Of a stretch of DNA of 64,000 nucleotides, positions 1 to 13,600 are shown piece after piece. The position numbers and the translations under genes are program-made. The notes beneath the pieces were generated by a model. The model made no database searches and was not told where the DNA came from. It saw only the letters and a program-made list of their open reading frames with translations. Origin of the DNA: Malacoraja senta (lineage: Eukaryota); the NCBI GenBank assembly GCA_038087875.1, contig CM075988.1, positions 27,096,001 to 27,160,000 on the forward strand, given 5' to 3'. The first letter of the stretch is position 1. Each line of letters starts with the position of its first letter.

Positions 1-989
1 GGATATCTTGCCCAAGTCAGGGTCTCCCAGCTGCTCTTGGTACTTTAGCAACTATCTATAGATGGTCGTCCATGGGGAATCAATCTGGTCATGAGGCAAC
101 AAGGGCCTTTTCCTGCAGAGAAGCTGCTGCTTGTCAGCAGAGTGGAGGGAGGCTACTGACTCCTTCAGAGGGGCATTTCCATTGTGGACAGACAAACTCC
201 AGAGTAAGGGTCCTTCTAAACAAGACAAAGCACAACCTGAGTGCAACGCGACATTACCTCCCACATCTCCACCACAGCCCCTCCTCATTCAGCAATAACC
301 TCCAATGCACAATCCCCCAGCTACATTTTGAAAGGTCTTGCAATAGAATCTGCACTTTCTTGTGAGTGGCACCTCATTAAAACATTAGCTTCTACACACA
401 ATGAACCTTGAGCAGGTCATCTCCCTTCTCGAAGGCATCATCACTTTCCTCACTCCTCAGCCCTTTGCATGGCTTCTAATCATTGATGTTGAATCATCAC
501 CATTTCATCCGTGGCAGCTGAGTGTAATGTACAAGGCAGCGATGATCAGATTGACATTCTGCGGGAGCAGAGAGGCACCCAGGGCATTCCAGTTCAAGCC
601 AGTAATTTGCACAATCAAATCACAATGAGAAATCCCACATGAGACTCCAATCAAGGTCCTTTTAAATCTTTGCAACAATTGGCCATTTCAAGTTGCATAA
701 TGGGCTACTTGTTCGACCGCTCCCAGAGACACTCCTCAATGTGACCTGATCAAATAGTATCACACTTCCCTGCAAAACGCAGCACTTATGCCCTCTCTGC
801 TCGCCTGTCACTTTCCAAACCCTCAAATAAAAAGGGCAGGGTCTCTGCACAAAGAATACAATGCAGCCAATTTTAGTCTTCGAATCATAGAGAGATATAG
901 CACAGAATCATGGTCTTAAGCCCACTGAGTCCATGCTAACCTTCTAGTATCTATTTCTAATCAAAATCATTTCTAATTTAACACATTTT

Positions 990-1860
990 ATTATAGTCAT
1001 ACAGCATGGAAGCAAGCCCATCAGCCCAACTTGCCCACATCGACCAACATGTTCCAGCTACACTAATCCTACCTGCCTGTATTTGGCCCATATCCCTCTA
1101 AACCGTCCTATCCATGTACCTGTCTAAATGTTTCTTAAATGTTGTGATACTACCTGCATCAACTACCTCCTCTGGCAGAAGAAGGGGTTCGGCCCGAAAC
1201 GTTGCCTATCTCCTTCGCTCCATAGATGCTGCTGCACCCGCTGAGTTTCTCCAGCATTTTTGTGTACCTTCCTCCTCTGGCAGCTCGTTCCATTCACTCA
1301 CCAACCTTTGTGTTAAAAAGTTACCCCTCAGGTTCCTATTAAATCTTTCCCCTCTCACCTTAAACCTATATCCACTGGTTCTCGATTCCCCTACTCTGGG
1401 CAAGAGACTGTGCATTTACCTGATCTATTGTTCTCACGATTTTGTACACTTCTATACGATCACCTCTCATCCTCCTGCGTTCCAAGGAATAAAGTACTTG
1501 GTTGCTCCACTGCTCCCTAGAGCTCAGTAAATCTCTGCACCTTTCCAGCTTGACAATATCTTTCCTATGACATGGTGCTCAGAACTGAACACAATACCCT
1601 AAATGTGGTATCACTGATGTCGTATATAACTGCAACATGACCTCCCAACTTCTAGACTCAGTACTCTGACTGATGAAGGCCAATGTGCCGAAAGCCTTTT
1701 TGACCACCCTTTCTACCTGCGACACCACTTTCAAGGAACTATGAACCTGCACTCCTTGACCTCTGCTCTACAACCCTCCCCAGGAGTCCGACCATTCACG
1801 GTCTGTGGCAATGAATTCCATAGATTCACCACCCTCTGGCTAAAGAAATTCCTGCTCATC
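990..1860 (-). mobile_element. CR1 LINE 3' fragment, interrupted by a short Penelope-derived insert
   Basis: Minus-strand translation ESRTSGYRFKVRGERF...FLTQRLVSEWNELP is the typical CR1 ORF2 C-terminus; 3' tail near 995-1100. Confidence 0.85.
1179..1270 (+). mobile_element. 92-bp Penelope 3'-terminal fragment with 13-bp TSD
   Basis: Flanked by cctcctctggcag at 1166-1178 and 1271-1283; matches the sequence downstream of the GIY-YIG ORFs at 30725-30820 and 36505-36633. Confidence 0.85.
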
Positions 1861-3409
1861 CTCAGTCATGACCATCATGGATGCATTCTGGGACTGTAGG
1901 CATGTGTACACCCTGACCTGTCCCCATCAAAACTAGGTTCATTTGTCTTCCTGCCAGCCTATGACCTGCTGGTGACCCCCCATCTCTCCGACCCATGTCT
2001 TCATGGTTCGCAATACCAGCACTGGGAAATGGAACTATGACACACTCTGGCCAACGTTTCCTCACGGCTCCTGTCCATACAGAATCTCCTGCAGCTCCTC
2101 CGTGGCGGGTGACAATGGGTGGTACCTGTCAGTCCCTGGTGCTGACACAGTCATTATTGCTGCAATTTTATGCTGCAATGGAAACAGCAGGTCCCATAGA
2201 GAAGAACACATAGCATAGCACAGAAACATTGGTCCATTGGGTAGATTTGAAAGATCATCTTATACACAAGGAAGTTTAGCAAGATAATTTTAAGACAACC
2301 TAAACACATGAAGAAGTTAGCAGACTCCAGAGGCAGGGATAATTATAATCAAGGTTGCTCAGGAAACTAAAAAACCGAAGAAGCAACAAAAAACCTAAAC
2401 TCTCGGAAGGTTTGAAGGAGGTCAACGAGATTTAGGGGGTGAGTCCATGGAAAGATTTAAAATTTAATATAAAATATAAATTATATTAATAAATATTAAT
2501 ATTAAATATTAATATTAATAATAATAAATTTTAAAACTGTGACCCTTTTGAGCCAATCGAGTTGTGTGAGCACTGGGGAGCAGGAGATGGGTGCATCAAG
2601 ATTGCACATTGACCTCAGGCTGCATGCCTCAGAAAGTGATGCATTTATCAAAATGCAAGGAGTCAGGAGCAGCTATTCAGTTAAAAAATCCTCAAATGAA
2701 AATAAATTCCCCTGAGGTTGTCACTGATTTGCAATGTAATCCAAAGCGTATTTCTCCTGTGCTCCAGAATTTATATTCGCCATCAACTATGCACACAATC
2801 CATGCAACGTATTCAGCTTCAAAAATCAAGCTGGACTCTAACCAAAAATATGATATTAAGTCAGAAATATATTTTATGCCCTTCAGGCACAACTTTATTT
2901 GGCCGCAAGTGCTATTTATGTCTAATTTAAATATAATTTTCCATTAACACACCATTAACATTTCAATGTGCTGAATATATCCTTTTCTGCTTCAGGTAAC
3001 AATCAGCACTTCAGCACAATTGTAGATTCAGATCACGTTTTCTGTGGGATTTTCAAGTCTATTCGAGAAACATTGCTTTTTATTTGGGAAAACCTCTGAG
3101 TGATTTACTGTGGAGCCTCGAATATTTTTCAGCAATTTTTTTGTCTTTTAAGGGATTTTAAAAAAATCAATTGGGATCTTCCTCAAATTCATAATTAAGC
3201 AGTAGTGATCCTGTTCCATCTACCTGACTTGGTTCCATATCACTAAAACCCTTACTTCTACCAATCTCAGAGAAGCAGTTAACAGCGTCAACACATTGTT
3301 GTGCCTGGCAAATGCCGCCTTTCCCCAAGTCTGATATTCATCAGTTAACCTCTGTAATAGAAAACGGCTCTATCCATGCTATTGGTTTTTAAATGATAGA
3401 TACATTATG

Positions 3410-3712
3410 TTTTAGTTTTTACAGTTTTAGAGATACAGAACGGAAACAGGCCCTTTGGCCCACTGAGTACATGCTGATCGTTGATCACCAGTTCACACTA
3501 GTTCTATGTTATCCGACTTTCTCATACATTTCATACACACTAGGAGCAATTTTACAGAGGCCAATAAACCTAAAAACCGCACATCGTGCAGAAGTGGGAG
3601 GAAACCGAAGCAACTGGAAGAAACCTACTCAGTCACAAAAAACATACACACTCCACATAGTCAGCACCCGAGCTCAGGATTGAACTCGGGTCACTGGCGT
3701 TGTAAAGCAGCA
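3410..3712 (-). mobile_element. tRNA-derived V-SINE (HE1-like)
   Basis: Reverse complement of the V-domain (gtgggaggaaaccgaag...) and a (ctaaa)-type tail. Confidence 0.75.
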
Positions 3713-3872
3713 GATGTAAAAATATTAAATTAAGATAAAACTTTCCAATTAATAATGGAAAGAGAAAGGTCATGTGAAATGATGAAATGGCCAAAGAGGG
3801 CGGGATTGGGTAGAATGTTATCTCAGGAGCAACACACTAATAAGCATCTGTTGTTCACAAACAGAAGGCCAA

Positions 3873-5127
3873 TACCCCCCACGTTGGATCCCTATCAGTT
3901 TGCCTACCGCAAGAACAGGAGTACGGAGGATGCCATCTCAACGGCACTTCACTCCGCCCTCTCCCACCTCGACAACAGAGACACTTACGTAAGAATGCTG
4001 TTCATCGATTACAGCTCAGCATTCAACACCATCATACCCTCTAAACTGATCACCAAACTCGGTGACCTGGGCATCGACCCCTCCCTCTGCAACTGGATAC
4101 TGGACTTTCTAACCAACAGACCCCAGTCTGTTAGGTTAGACAAGCACACCTCTTCAACCCTCACCCTGAACACCGGCGTTCCACAGGGCTGTGTGCTGAG
4201 CCCCCTCCTCTACTCCCTCTTCACCTACGACTGCACACCTGTACATGGTACTAACACCATCATCAAGTACGCAGATGATACAACGGTGATTGGCCTCATC
4301 AGCAACAACGATGAGTCGGCCTATAGGGAGGAGGTCCAGCTCCTAGCAGCATGGTGCGCTGACAACAACCTGGCCCTTAACTCCAAGAAGACCAAGGAGC
4401 TCATTGTAGACTTCAGGAAGTCTAGGGGCGGCATGCACACCCCCATCCACATTAACGGAAGGGAGGTGGAACGTGTTTCCAGCTTCAGGTTCCTGGGGGT
4501 CAACATCTCCGATGACCTCTCTTGGACCAACAATACCTCAACTCTGGTCAAGAAGGCTCACCAGCGTCTCTTCTTCCTGAGGAGACTAAAGAAGGTCCAT
4601 CTGTCTCCTCGGATTCTGGTGAACTTCTACCGCTGCACCATCGAGAGCATCCTTACCAACTGCATCACAGTATGGTATGGCAACTGCTCTGTCTCCGACC
4701 GGAAAGCACTGCAGAGGGTGGTGAAAACTGCCCAACGCATCACCGGTTCCTCACTCCCCACCATTGAGTCTGTCCAAAGCAAGCGTTGTCTGCGAAGGGC
4801 GCTCAGCATCGCCAAGGACTGCTCTCACCCCAACCACAGACTGTTTACCCTCCTACCATCCGGGAGGCGCTACAGGTCTCTCCGTTGCCGGACCAGCAGG
4901 TCCAGGAACAGCTTCTTCCCTGCGGCGGTTACACTACTCAACACTGTACCTCGGTGACTGCCAATCACACCCCCCCCCCGGACACTCCTCCCACCAGGAT
5001 TTATTAGATTTATTTATTTACTGCTCATATTTATGTCGCTCTTCTAGGGAGATGCTAACTGCATTTCGTTGTCTCTGTACTGTACACTGCACAATGACAA
5101 TAAAGTTGAATCTGAATCTGAATCTGA
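3873..5127 (+). mobile_element. Rex1/Babar-type LINE, 5'-truncated, with uninterrupted RT and C-terminal ORF
   Basis: [47 protein letters not shown]; stop at 4957; tail ATGACAATAAA + (GAATCT)n; imperfect TSD agaaggccaa 3863-3872 / agaagaccaa 5127-5136. Confidence 0.92.
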
Positions 5128-8100
5128 GAAGACCAAGCCACATCATGGTCACAAACTTCCATTAAAGTAATCAGCTGCTATTTCAACTGAGTTGCTGCTG
5201 AAATGGAGATGTTGTTGAAACAACAAAGGATATTACTGCAAATTTACCCCATATCCATCATAAATTTGTTCATATGACCTCAATTCAATGGAATTGTTTG
5301 ATCAAATCCTAAAAACCAGCAATCATGAATTGAAATCTATATATAGCCCCACAGGTACTGCAGTAAACTCCCACATTTGAGCCGTCGCGTAGCTGGGCAG
5401 GTTAATTGTTGTCGGGGATCCAGTCATGTTCTGGCAGTGGCTTCATCCATTCTGGGATAGGAATGGGAAAAATGGTCCAGAGTTCTCCAGTGCCAATCTG
5501 TCCACTTTCATTGTACACAAGGACCTCGGCTAAAGAAATGGGAGACCTTCATAACATTGGGAGACCTTCATTACAACGATTCCCCCTTCCTTCCCCACCT
5601 CTGATATTTCCAAGGTGGACCAAGCCGTTGACTTGGTGACAGCTTTGCTCCCTGTGAGCTGGATGGTGCAGGGGTTAGTCCCATCAGTGCAATCCCAATT
5701 TGAATTGCTGGGTTGTTCTGCAGCTGGACATACAGATGCTGTACCTGTAGTCACCTCCATCTTACAGCTTCAGTGTGCTTTAGGAGCACAAAATCCTCAC
5801 TCCATATCATGACCATCTACCCCATCCCAGCACATAAACTGCAGATGTATTCCATGAAATTTAAGATTAATGGACAATGTGAGCGAATTTACAAGCTCTA
5901 AGCAATAACCAGTAGAGGAAACTATTTCACGCTGGTTGGAGAGTCAAGGATTGGTCCTGAGAATAAAACTTAGAGGCAGGAGCCAGGAACAGGATCTTCA
6001 TCAACTCATCAAACATCTACCACCCATCCTACAAGATGCTTGATGAGTTGATGCAAGATCAGAGACTGCTGGATTTTTGCTCACCACAGATGTTTGGACT
6101 TGGAGTTATATGGAGCTGGATGACATATCAGCCTATAATCTCACAGAATAGTGAACCAGCTTTGCCAGTTTAAGTGGCCACTTCCTGCCATTGCTTCCCT
6201 AGCCATTAAAATTATGGTTACAGGCATAAAGGAAACCGTCACATTTCAGCCAGACATCTGGAAAAACCTTCCATTCCTTCCCACATTGCCCCAAATAAAC
6301 AATTATGAATAATGAATATCCCACATGTCAGGGTGAGAATGCTGATATCACCTGTGTGTTCCAGTCCCCGTGGAGTGGGGGAGTCGGAGGAAACAACAGT
6401 AACAGCTTCTCATCTCTGGAAACAAAAGCATCCATTGTGCAGATACAAATGAGTTTGAAATCTGATGAATTGGAATGATCGTCATGAGAAATCGACTAAT
6501 TCTCAGGCACTTGTTAGTTGCCAGATGGATGATTGTTCATCCAACCATGCTGAATTAATAACAGGGATTAAATATCACTTCTGAACTGAAGGCCACGTTG
6601 CCTTGGATATCACTGGGATTGCGGCCAGCATGAAGCAATCCACACATCTACTGCAGTAACAGCCAACTTCTGCTGCTGCCCACATAGATGTCTGAAGTGA
6701 TGTCTTCAAAGACACAGAGATGAAGCAAAATGAAGAGCAGAGAACCACAAACTGAGAGAAATGGTGCGATTATGTCAATGTTGCCATTACGTCAATGGCG
6801 CGATTATGTCAATGATGGAAAGAAATGGTGTGATTTTGCCAATCAGGAATCTGGCAGAAAAGTGCAGGACTAACTAGTCATTGAGAGTAGACTTTGTCTT
6901 TGTTGAACTGCCCTCAACTTTAATAATAACTGGTTCATACACATTCTGGAGGATTGAGCAAATATCTCACGCAAATACTCTGGCTATTCTGCACTTGCTA
7001 AACCTGCCTGCATCCTCGGGTAAATACAAAATAGCATTGAGCAGTTAACAAACATGCTTATACAAATATATTTGCTGCTCATAATTGCTAGAGCCTGCTG
7101 TTTAAGTATCAGATATGTCTGTCAACAATGAAGAATGAAGAATTGAACCTTGGGTTCTGGGTGGCATTTTGCACAAACTGAAATGTCATTAAAATAGCTC
7201 GGCATTATTTCATCAGATTGGGTGCATTCACATTGGTTGCTGCACAGAAACTATGTGCAATAGTCGTGTCCCTGCTGTTGGACTCAGCCATTACCTGCAG
7301 TCACGCTCACTCCACATCCCTGTTGGTGCATGAGTTGTTTCAGTTTGCTGCAGTGTCAGAGGGCACGCAGTGACTGTGGAAAATGAAACAGGAGCAAGTT
7401 GCACAAGATACGTATGGATGATTCCGGGGCTGGATCTTGGGAACATTCAGCCCATCCTGCCCTTAATAGCCCCACATAAATGACCACTATACTCCCCACA
7501 ACCCATACAGCTTTTATCTTCATTATCTTTTAGGTCATGGGCTGATATTATGTTAATATACCAGGTTGAAGTAACTTTATTAACATAATGGCTGCTTTGA
7601 TGTAAGTATACAAGAGAAAAATGGATCAAGTTAATCAGGTTCGAGAAGTATTTATACATTTAGAAAATCCTGTAACATTGGTTTGCACAAAATGCAGCCA
7701 ATTACTATAATCCTGTGGTCTAAAATGTGCAACTGCTTGCAAACTTTAAAGTTCCTAGCTGACACGTCCAATCTTCCACTGCCCAGCAATTTACAGCAAA
7801 CAATAAACTTTTGAGCCACCAGTCAGTTCTATACAAAGTCCAGCTGTGCACTATTAGCAAGGGATGAAGACAATTACTGTGAAAAAAAATAAAACCACTT
7901 TGGGCAACGAGTCAGATCAAATGTCAAAGATCAGCCGGCTCATATCACTTCCATAGCTCGGAATGCTTTTCAATTACCTTTCCCATTTTATTTTCTCTGC
8001 CTTACTTTGTCTCTGCCAGGGATACCTCAGAGGCTGGAGCAAGAGGTACAGGGAGCAAGAGGTACAGGGAGCAAGGTGATATTGTTTCATGATCATCAAG

Positions 8101-8198
8101 GCACCACATAGTGCGATAGATTTCATCAACCAGCTTATCTATATAATGACTACCAATTTCTTATGTTCTCTTTAGGTGAACACATTCAATCAAAAGGG

Positions 8199-8300
8199 TC
8201 AATAGACAATAGGTGCAGGAGTAGGCCATTCAGCCCTTTCGACCCAGCACCGCCATTCACGGTGATCATGGCTGATCATCCTCAATCAGTACCCCGTTCC
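8199..8300 (-). mobile_element. CR1 3'-tail fragment
   Basis: caatagacaataggtgcaggagtaggccatt..., the same tail as at 36638, 54340 and other CR1 ends. Confidence 0.75.
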
Positions 8301-8329
8301 TATTATGGTCACTACCTCCTAATGGCTCC

Positions 8330-9605
8330 TTTACCTCAAATTGCTTTCTGTCCAGTTAATTCTGGTGTCTTTCTTAACTTTTTCTTTACTCCCTTTCCCT
8401 TTAACTCCATCCTTGTATTTCCAATTTGTTTCCTCCCCCCCGCTATTTAGTTTAAACCCACCCGTGTAGCAGTGGCAAACCTGCCTGCCAGAATGCTAGT
8501 TCCCTGCCTGTCATCACTGTTGTGGGATGTATCACTGATGGAGATAAGTCAGACTATAGAAGTGAGATCGACCGTTTGACCAAATGGTGCCAGCACAATA
8601 ACCTGGCTCTCAACACCAGCAAAACCAAGGAACTGATTGTGGACTTTGGAAGGGGTAGGATGGGGACCCATAGTCCCGTTTATATCAACGGGTCGATGGT
8701 GTAGAGGGTCAAGAGCTTCAAATACCTGCGCGAGCATATCTCTGAAGATCTCTCCTGGTCCGAGAACACTGATGCAGTTATAAAGAAAGCACATCAGCGC
8801 CTCTACTTCCTGAGAAGATTACGGAGAGTCGGTATGTCAAGGTGGACTCTCCCGAACTTCAACAGGTGCACAGTAGAGAGCATGCTAACCGGTTGCATCG
8901 TGGCTTGGTTTGGCAACTTGAGCACCCAGGAGCGGAAAAGACTGCAAAAAGTGGTAAACACTGCCCAGTCCATCATCGGCTCTGACCTCCCTACTATCGA
9001 GGGGATCTATCACAGTCGCTGCCTCAAAAAGGCTGCCAGCATCATCAAGGACCCACACCATCCTGGCCACTCACTCATCTCCCTACTGCCTTCAGGTAGA
9101 AGGTACAGGAGCCTGAAATCTGCAAGGTTCAGGAATAGCTACTTCCCCACAGCCATCAGGCTATTAAACACAACTTAAACAAAACTCTGAACATTAATAG
9201 CCCATGGCACTTTATCTGATTATTTATGTGTGTATATATATATTCAATAGTATATGGTCACACTGATCTGTTCTGTATTTATTTATGCATTCTATATTCT
9301 GTTGTGCTGAAGCAAAGCAAGAATTTCATTGTCCTATCTGGGACACATGACAATAAACTCTCTTGAATCTTGAATCTTGAAGGTGCAACCCATCCCTTTT
9401 GTATAATTCACCTTTGCACCAAAACAGATCCCAGTGGTCTAAGAATCTAAATCCCTGCTCCCTGCGCCAGCTCCTCAGCCACACATTCAGTTCCGCTATC
9501 TCCCTGTTCCTGCCCTCACCAGCACGAGGAATTGGAAGCAAACCGGAGATAACCACCCTGGAGGTCCTGCTTTTCAACCTTCTTCCAAGCTCTCTGAAGT
9601 CACAT
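8330..9605 (-). mobile_element. CR1 ORF1 (SGNH esterase-like) fragment, split by a Rex1 insertion
   Basis: VVISGLLP...LNVWLRSW...GFRFLDHWDLFW..YKRDGLHL; 8440-8510 joined to 9380-9450 is collinear with the uninterrupted copy at 35370-35515. Confidence 0.85.
8511..9380 (+). mobile_element. Rex1/Babar-type LINE 3' fragment (defective), nested in CR1 ORF1
   Basis: [32 protein letters not shown]; in-frame stop at 8702-8704; tail ATGACAATAAA + (TTGAATC)n. Confidence 0.9.
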
Positions 9606-10570
9606 TTCTCAATGCTCAAACCCAGGTAAGAACATTTGCTGGACACCACTTGCCCCATGAAACAACATGGAAACAACATTGAAACAAGTTTACACATGGA
9701 GAAGGTCAAGACAAAAAAAAAGAATAAGAGAATTACATGAAAGAACATAACCAACTACGAGTAATCACACAGACTATTTGACACTTTATGAACTGAAACC
9801 AAATAATGAGGATGATTAATTTGATGCATTGCATTCATTGCTTAGCATATGGCCTCGTGTATGAGTGAGGCCAAGCACTGGATTCATTCCATCTGCAACC
9901 ATTACCTTGACCTTCCAGATGTCCTCTGTTACTTTAATTCACCAACCCCTTTCCACTCTGACTCCTTCATCTTCAGCTTCTATCCTTCCATCAAAGCCCA
10001 AACCAAGCTTGATGGGCAAGCCTCACCTTCTCACTCATTGGACTACAGCTTTCAACAGTTACAAATCATCAACAATGACATTTGTTGATGGAAATATTAG
10101 GCATTCCACTTCAGCACCATTCCTCTCATTTTGTTGATCACAAATGCTTTCCCACCTACTTTGACAAAATGCCATTGCCCATTCTGTTCTTTAATCTCTC
10201 CTGCCCTCCGTTCTATCACTAACCTTTCGATGTGGCCTCCTGCCCCCGGTTTTTCTGTATATTAAGATATTTTACATTTTATTGTTCTTGGTTCTAATGA
10301 AAGATTATTAACCCCCCAAAAACTGCTATCATTTCACATTAATACATAATACTCCTGCTGAGTATTTTCAATGTTTTATTTCTGGTTTCCGGGGTCTGTA
10401 TTTTGCTTTCGGATAGAAATTATATGATCAAAGATCATTTAGTTTAATTTATTTATCTCCAAATATGTTCTTCCCCCACCCTGACTAAAATATCAGATGC
10501 TCAGGTTAAAGGGATTCATTTAGCAGGTATTTACAGATTTTATATTCTTGAGCATCAAATCAAAAAGTGA

Positions 10571-10628
10571 AGGTACACAAAAATGCTGGAGAAACTCAGC
10601 GGGTGCAGCAGCATCTATGGAGCGAAGG
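10571..10628 (-). mobile_element. 58-bp Penelope 3'-terminal fragment with 14-bp TSD
   Basis: aaatcaaaaagtga at 10557-10570 and 10629-10642; near-identical to the reverse complement of 1211-1270. Confidence 0.85.
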
Positions 10629-13600
10629 AAATCAAAAAGTGATTTGAGCAACAAATCAAAAAGATTAAAGAGTCTGACTGAGAAGGTTAACAAAATATTA
10701 ATTCATTTTGAATGACAAGGCCATTCGATATATACTATAATATTCAAAGCTGCTCAAATATATTTTCGTGTTCATCTCACATATAAGTTACAAAGTGCGA
10801 AATGGAAATATTTTGTTATCTCTTCCACAGCACCTGTGTTATCATCAGAGAGAAATCACACAGGAAACCAGTCTAATAAACACTTCAGAAATTTTGGTAT
10901 AAATTGCAACAGGTTCTAAAGTCATAGCTAAGATGTATCTGGTACATGTTAAGTAGTATACAGGACTTTAATTTATTTATTGGATAAAACAAAGCAACTC
11001 AAATGTATTGAGAAATATTCCAACTTTGTGGAATACACACAGATTGCAACGCACTGCAGCACCAACTGACTGACGTACCACAGAGAATAACCTGAAACTC
11101 ACTGAACAAAGTCCACTATGTTAGGATGAACTATAATTTAAACTTTTGAATAACAACATCAACAACAACATGGTAACATGGAGAATACAATAAGTAAAGC
11201 TCTTATAGTGATCACTAAAAACAAGAAAGAAAATAACACTATGAAATACACCAATTACAGAGAGCCTGGACAAAATCTCATGGAGCTGAATTGCTTTAAA
11301 CGGAATATAATAGAATCTGGAGATTCTCTCTGGCATTTCTATTAAGTATATCAGCAGTAAATGGATAGTCTTTCCTCATCAGTGGGGTGATAACAATAAA
11401 AAGCTATAATTAGGCTCAATATCTTTAGACTAGAAAGAGAATTAATTAATTGTGCTCTTAGATAATAATAACGTTTGCTACACATTGTCTTCCTTTCGAT
11501 GGCAGATTTCCTTCCTCCCACTCCTCCCCTTTCTCCTCTTCTCCATTGTTGACATGACCTCAATGGTAAATGGGACATCTCCCAGCATGCTTCTCAACTG
11601 CTGGATTGGCATAATCTAGCCCACTTTACCTCAATTTAACCCTGGATTTATTGACAATAATCAGACAGGACCAAGACAATGGTCAATTTCCTGCTATGTC
11701 TGGGTCACATCAGTTCCTTACATGGCCTTGAAATGGAATCAACCAACAGGCCAAAAAATCCTTTCAGTCGTTAAGGTCACAATTAACCCTTTAACAAATT
11801 GAATATATTTATTAATCTCTCAAAGTATGTCAGCATAAGTGTTTATTCCAGTTGTTATTGCCCTTCAGAAGAAGGGTCTCATCCCAAAATATCATCTATC
11901 CATGTTCTCCAGAGATGCTGCCTGACCCGCTGAGTTACTCCAGCACTCTGTGTCCTTTCAAGGTTAGAATGTGGATGTGAGCTATCTTCTTGAAACATTT
12001 GTGTTTCTATATTTACAAAGCAGAGTGACTCATGAGCAAATAAAATTGGAATAGAAAGAAGCCATTCAGTACATTTATAGCAGAGCTGATCATATCCTTA
12101 GCCCTGTGTAGACAAAGAAACCACTTTTGATCAGACATCCACCTTTAAAATATTTAATATACTGTTTCCTCCTCCCTTTGAGAAGAGTTCCAAACGTTCA
12201 TGACTTTCAGAAAAGATTCCATCTCATCTCTGTTTTAAATAGACAATCCCTCATCAACTGGGAAAATTTAGCAGGTCAAGCAGCATCTGTGGAGGAAGAG
12301 GAATGGTCCCAATGGTTAATGTTTTGGGTCGAGACCCTGTAACAGGATATGAAACGTTGACCAGCCAATTGCCTCTTCAGATGCTGCTTGACCTGCTGAG
12401 TTCTTCAAGCAGTTTTTATTTTTTTTCAGATTCTAGCATCTGCAATCTCTAATACCTCCCTTATTTTAAACACTGACACCTTAGTTCTAACTTTCCCCAC
12501 AAGAATAATAATCAGTCCACATCCAATCTGTTTATTCACTTGAGAATCTTTTATGTTTCTTTCAAGCCCTCTCCCCTTCGAAACTCCCATAGATACAAGG
12601 TTGGTTTGGCCAATATCTCCTCATAAGACAACCTGCCCATTTGAAGGATTAGTCCAGTGAACCTTCTCTGAACTGCATTCAATTCATTCATGGGCTTCCA
12701 TAAATAAGACTAGTGCTCTAATTAATTCTCCAGATTTAGTCTCACTATTACTTCATGTAGTAACTGAAGCATAATCTCCCTACATTTGTGTTTAATTCCC
12801 AAGCATTAAATTATAATAATCAGTTAGCTTTCCAAATTACTTGCTGGACCTGTATACTTTCACAAATCCAACAGTCCCCTGTGCATCTTGGAGCTCTGTA
12901 ATCTCTCACTATGTAGATAATATATTTCTTATTGAAAATGGACAATGTAACACTCTTCCAGATGATAGAGCTGTGGTTGAACACATTTTGGTGAGATGCT
13001 GCAGTACATTTTGCTATTGTTACACACTGCAGTTACCGCATACAGGCGAGGAGGGTGTGAATGTGTGGAGTGGCAACTGGGTGCTTTGGTCTGGATGCTA
13101 TTAAACTTTGAGTATTATTGCAACTCCATCCAGTCAAATGGCAAATATTATTGATCTGTATTTTGTGAATGGTGAAATTATTAATTATCTCTGTAAATTG
13201 GCAAATCTCCCCACTCCTGACCTGATGGAAGATTCCGGAAGCATCTGAAGAGTCTCAAACCTTTGACTCCAGGTTGGGTAATCTCAGCAACCACACACAT
13301 CTTTGTGGAGAGTTTCCCCACTTCCCATAGACTTCAGCTTTTTCACACTCCCTCATGTCACACTCAGTCAAATGCAATGTTAAGAGCAGTAACTTTCACC
13401 TCATCTCCAGGATTCCCCCTCTTTTATCCAGTTTGGGCTATAGTGGGTCTTGGAGCCAAGTGGTGCTGGCATTAGCTCAACTGAGCAGCATTGAATAGAT
13501 TAATATTATGCAGGTGCACTAAAAAACACAAAAGGACCTGTACATTTTCTCCGATAACTGAGAGTGTAATTTGAAAAAAAAAATTGCAAAACACACTGAA

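Noticed and set aside
1..850. Short ORFs as possible exons of a neighbouring gene (also 1995-2218)
   Set aside because: No recognisable protein motif or convincing exon structure
2455..2535. AT-only quasi-palindromic tract
   Set aside because: Low-complexity sequence; no evidence of function
10109..10130. TTCAGCACC, a possible REST/NRSE site
   Set aside because: Only the left half-site; no GGACAG right half
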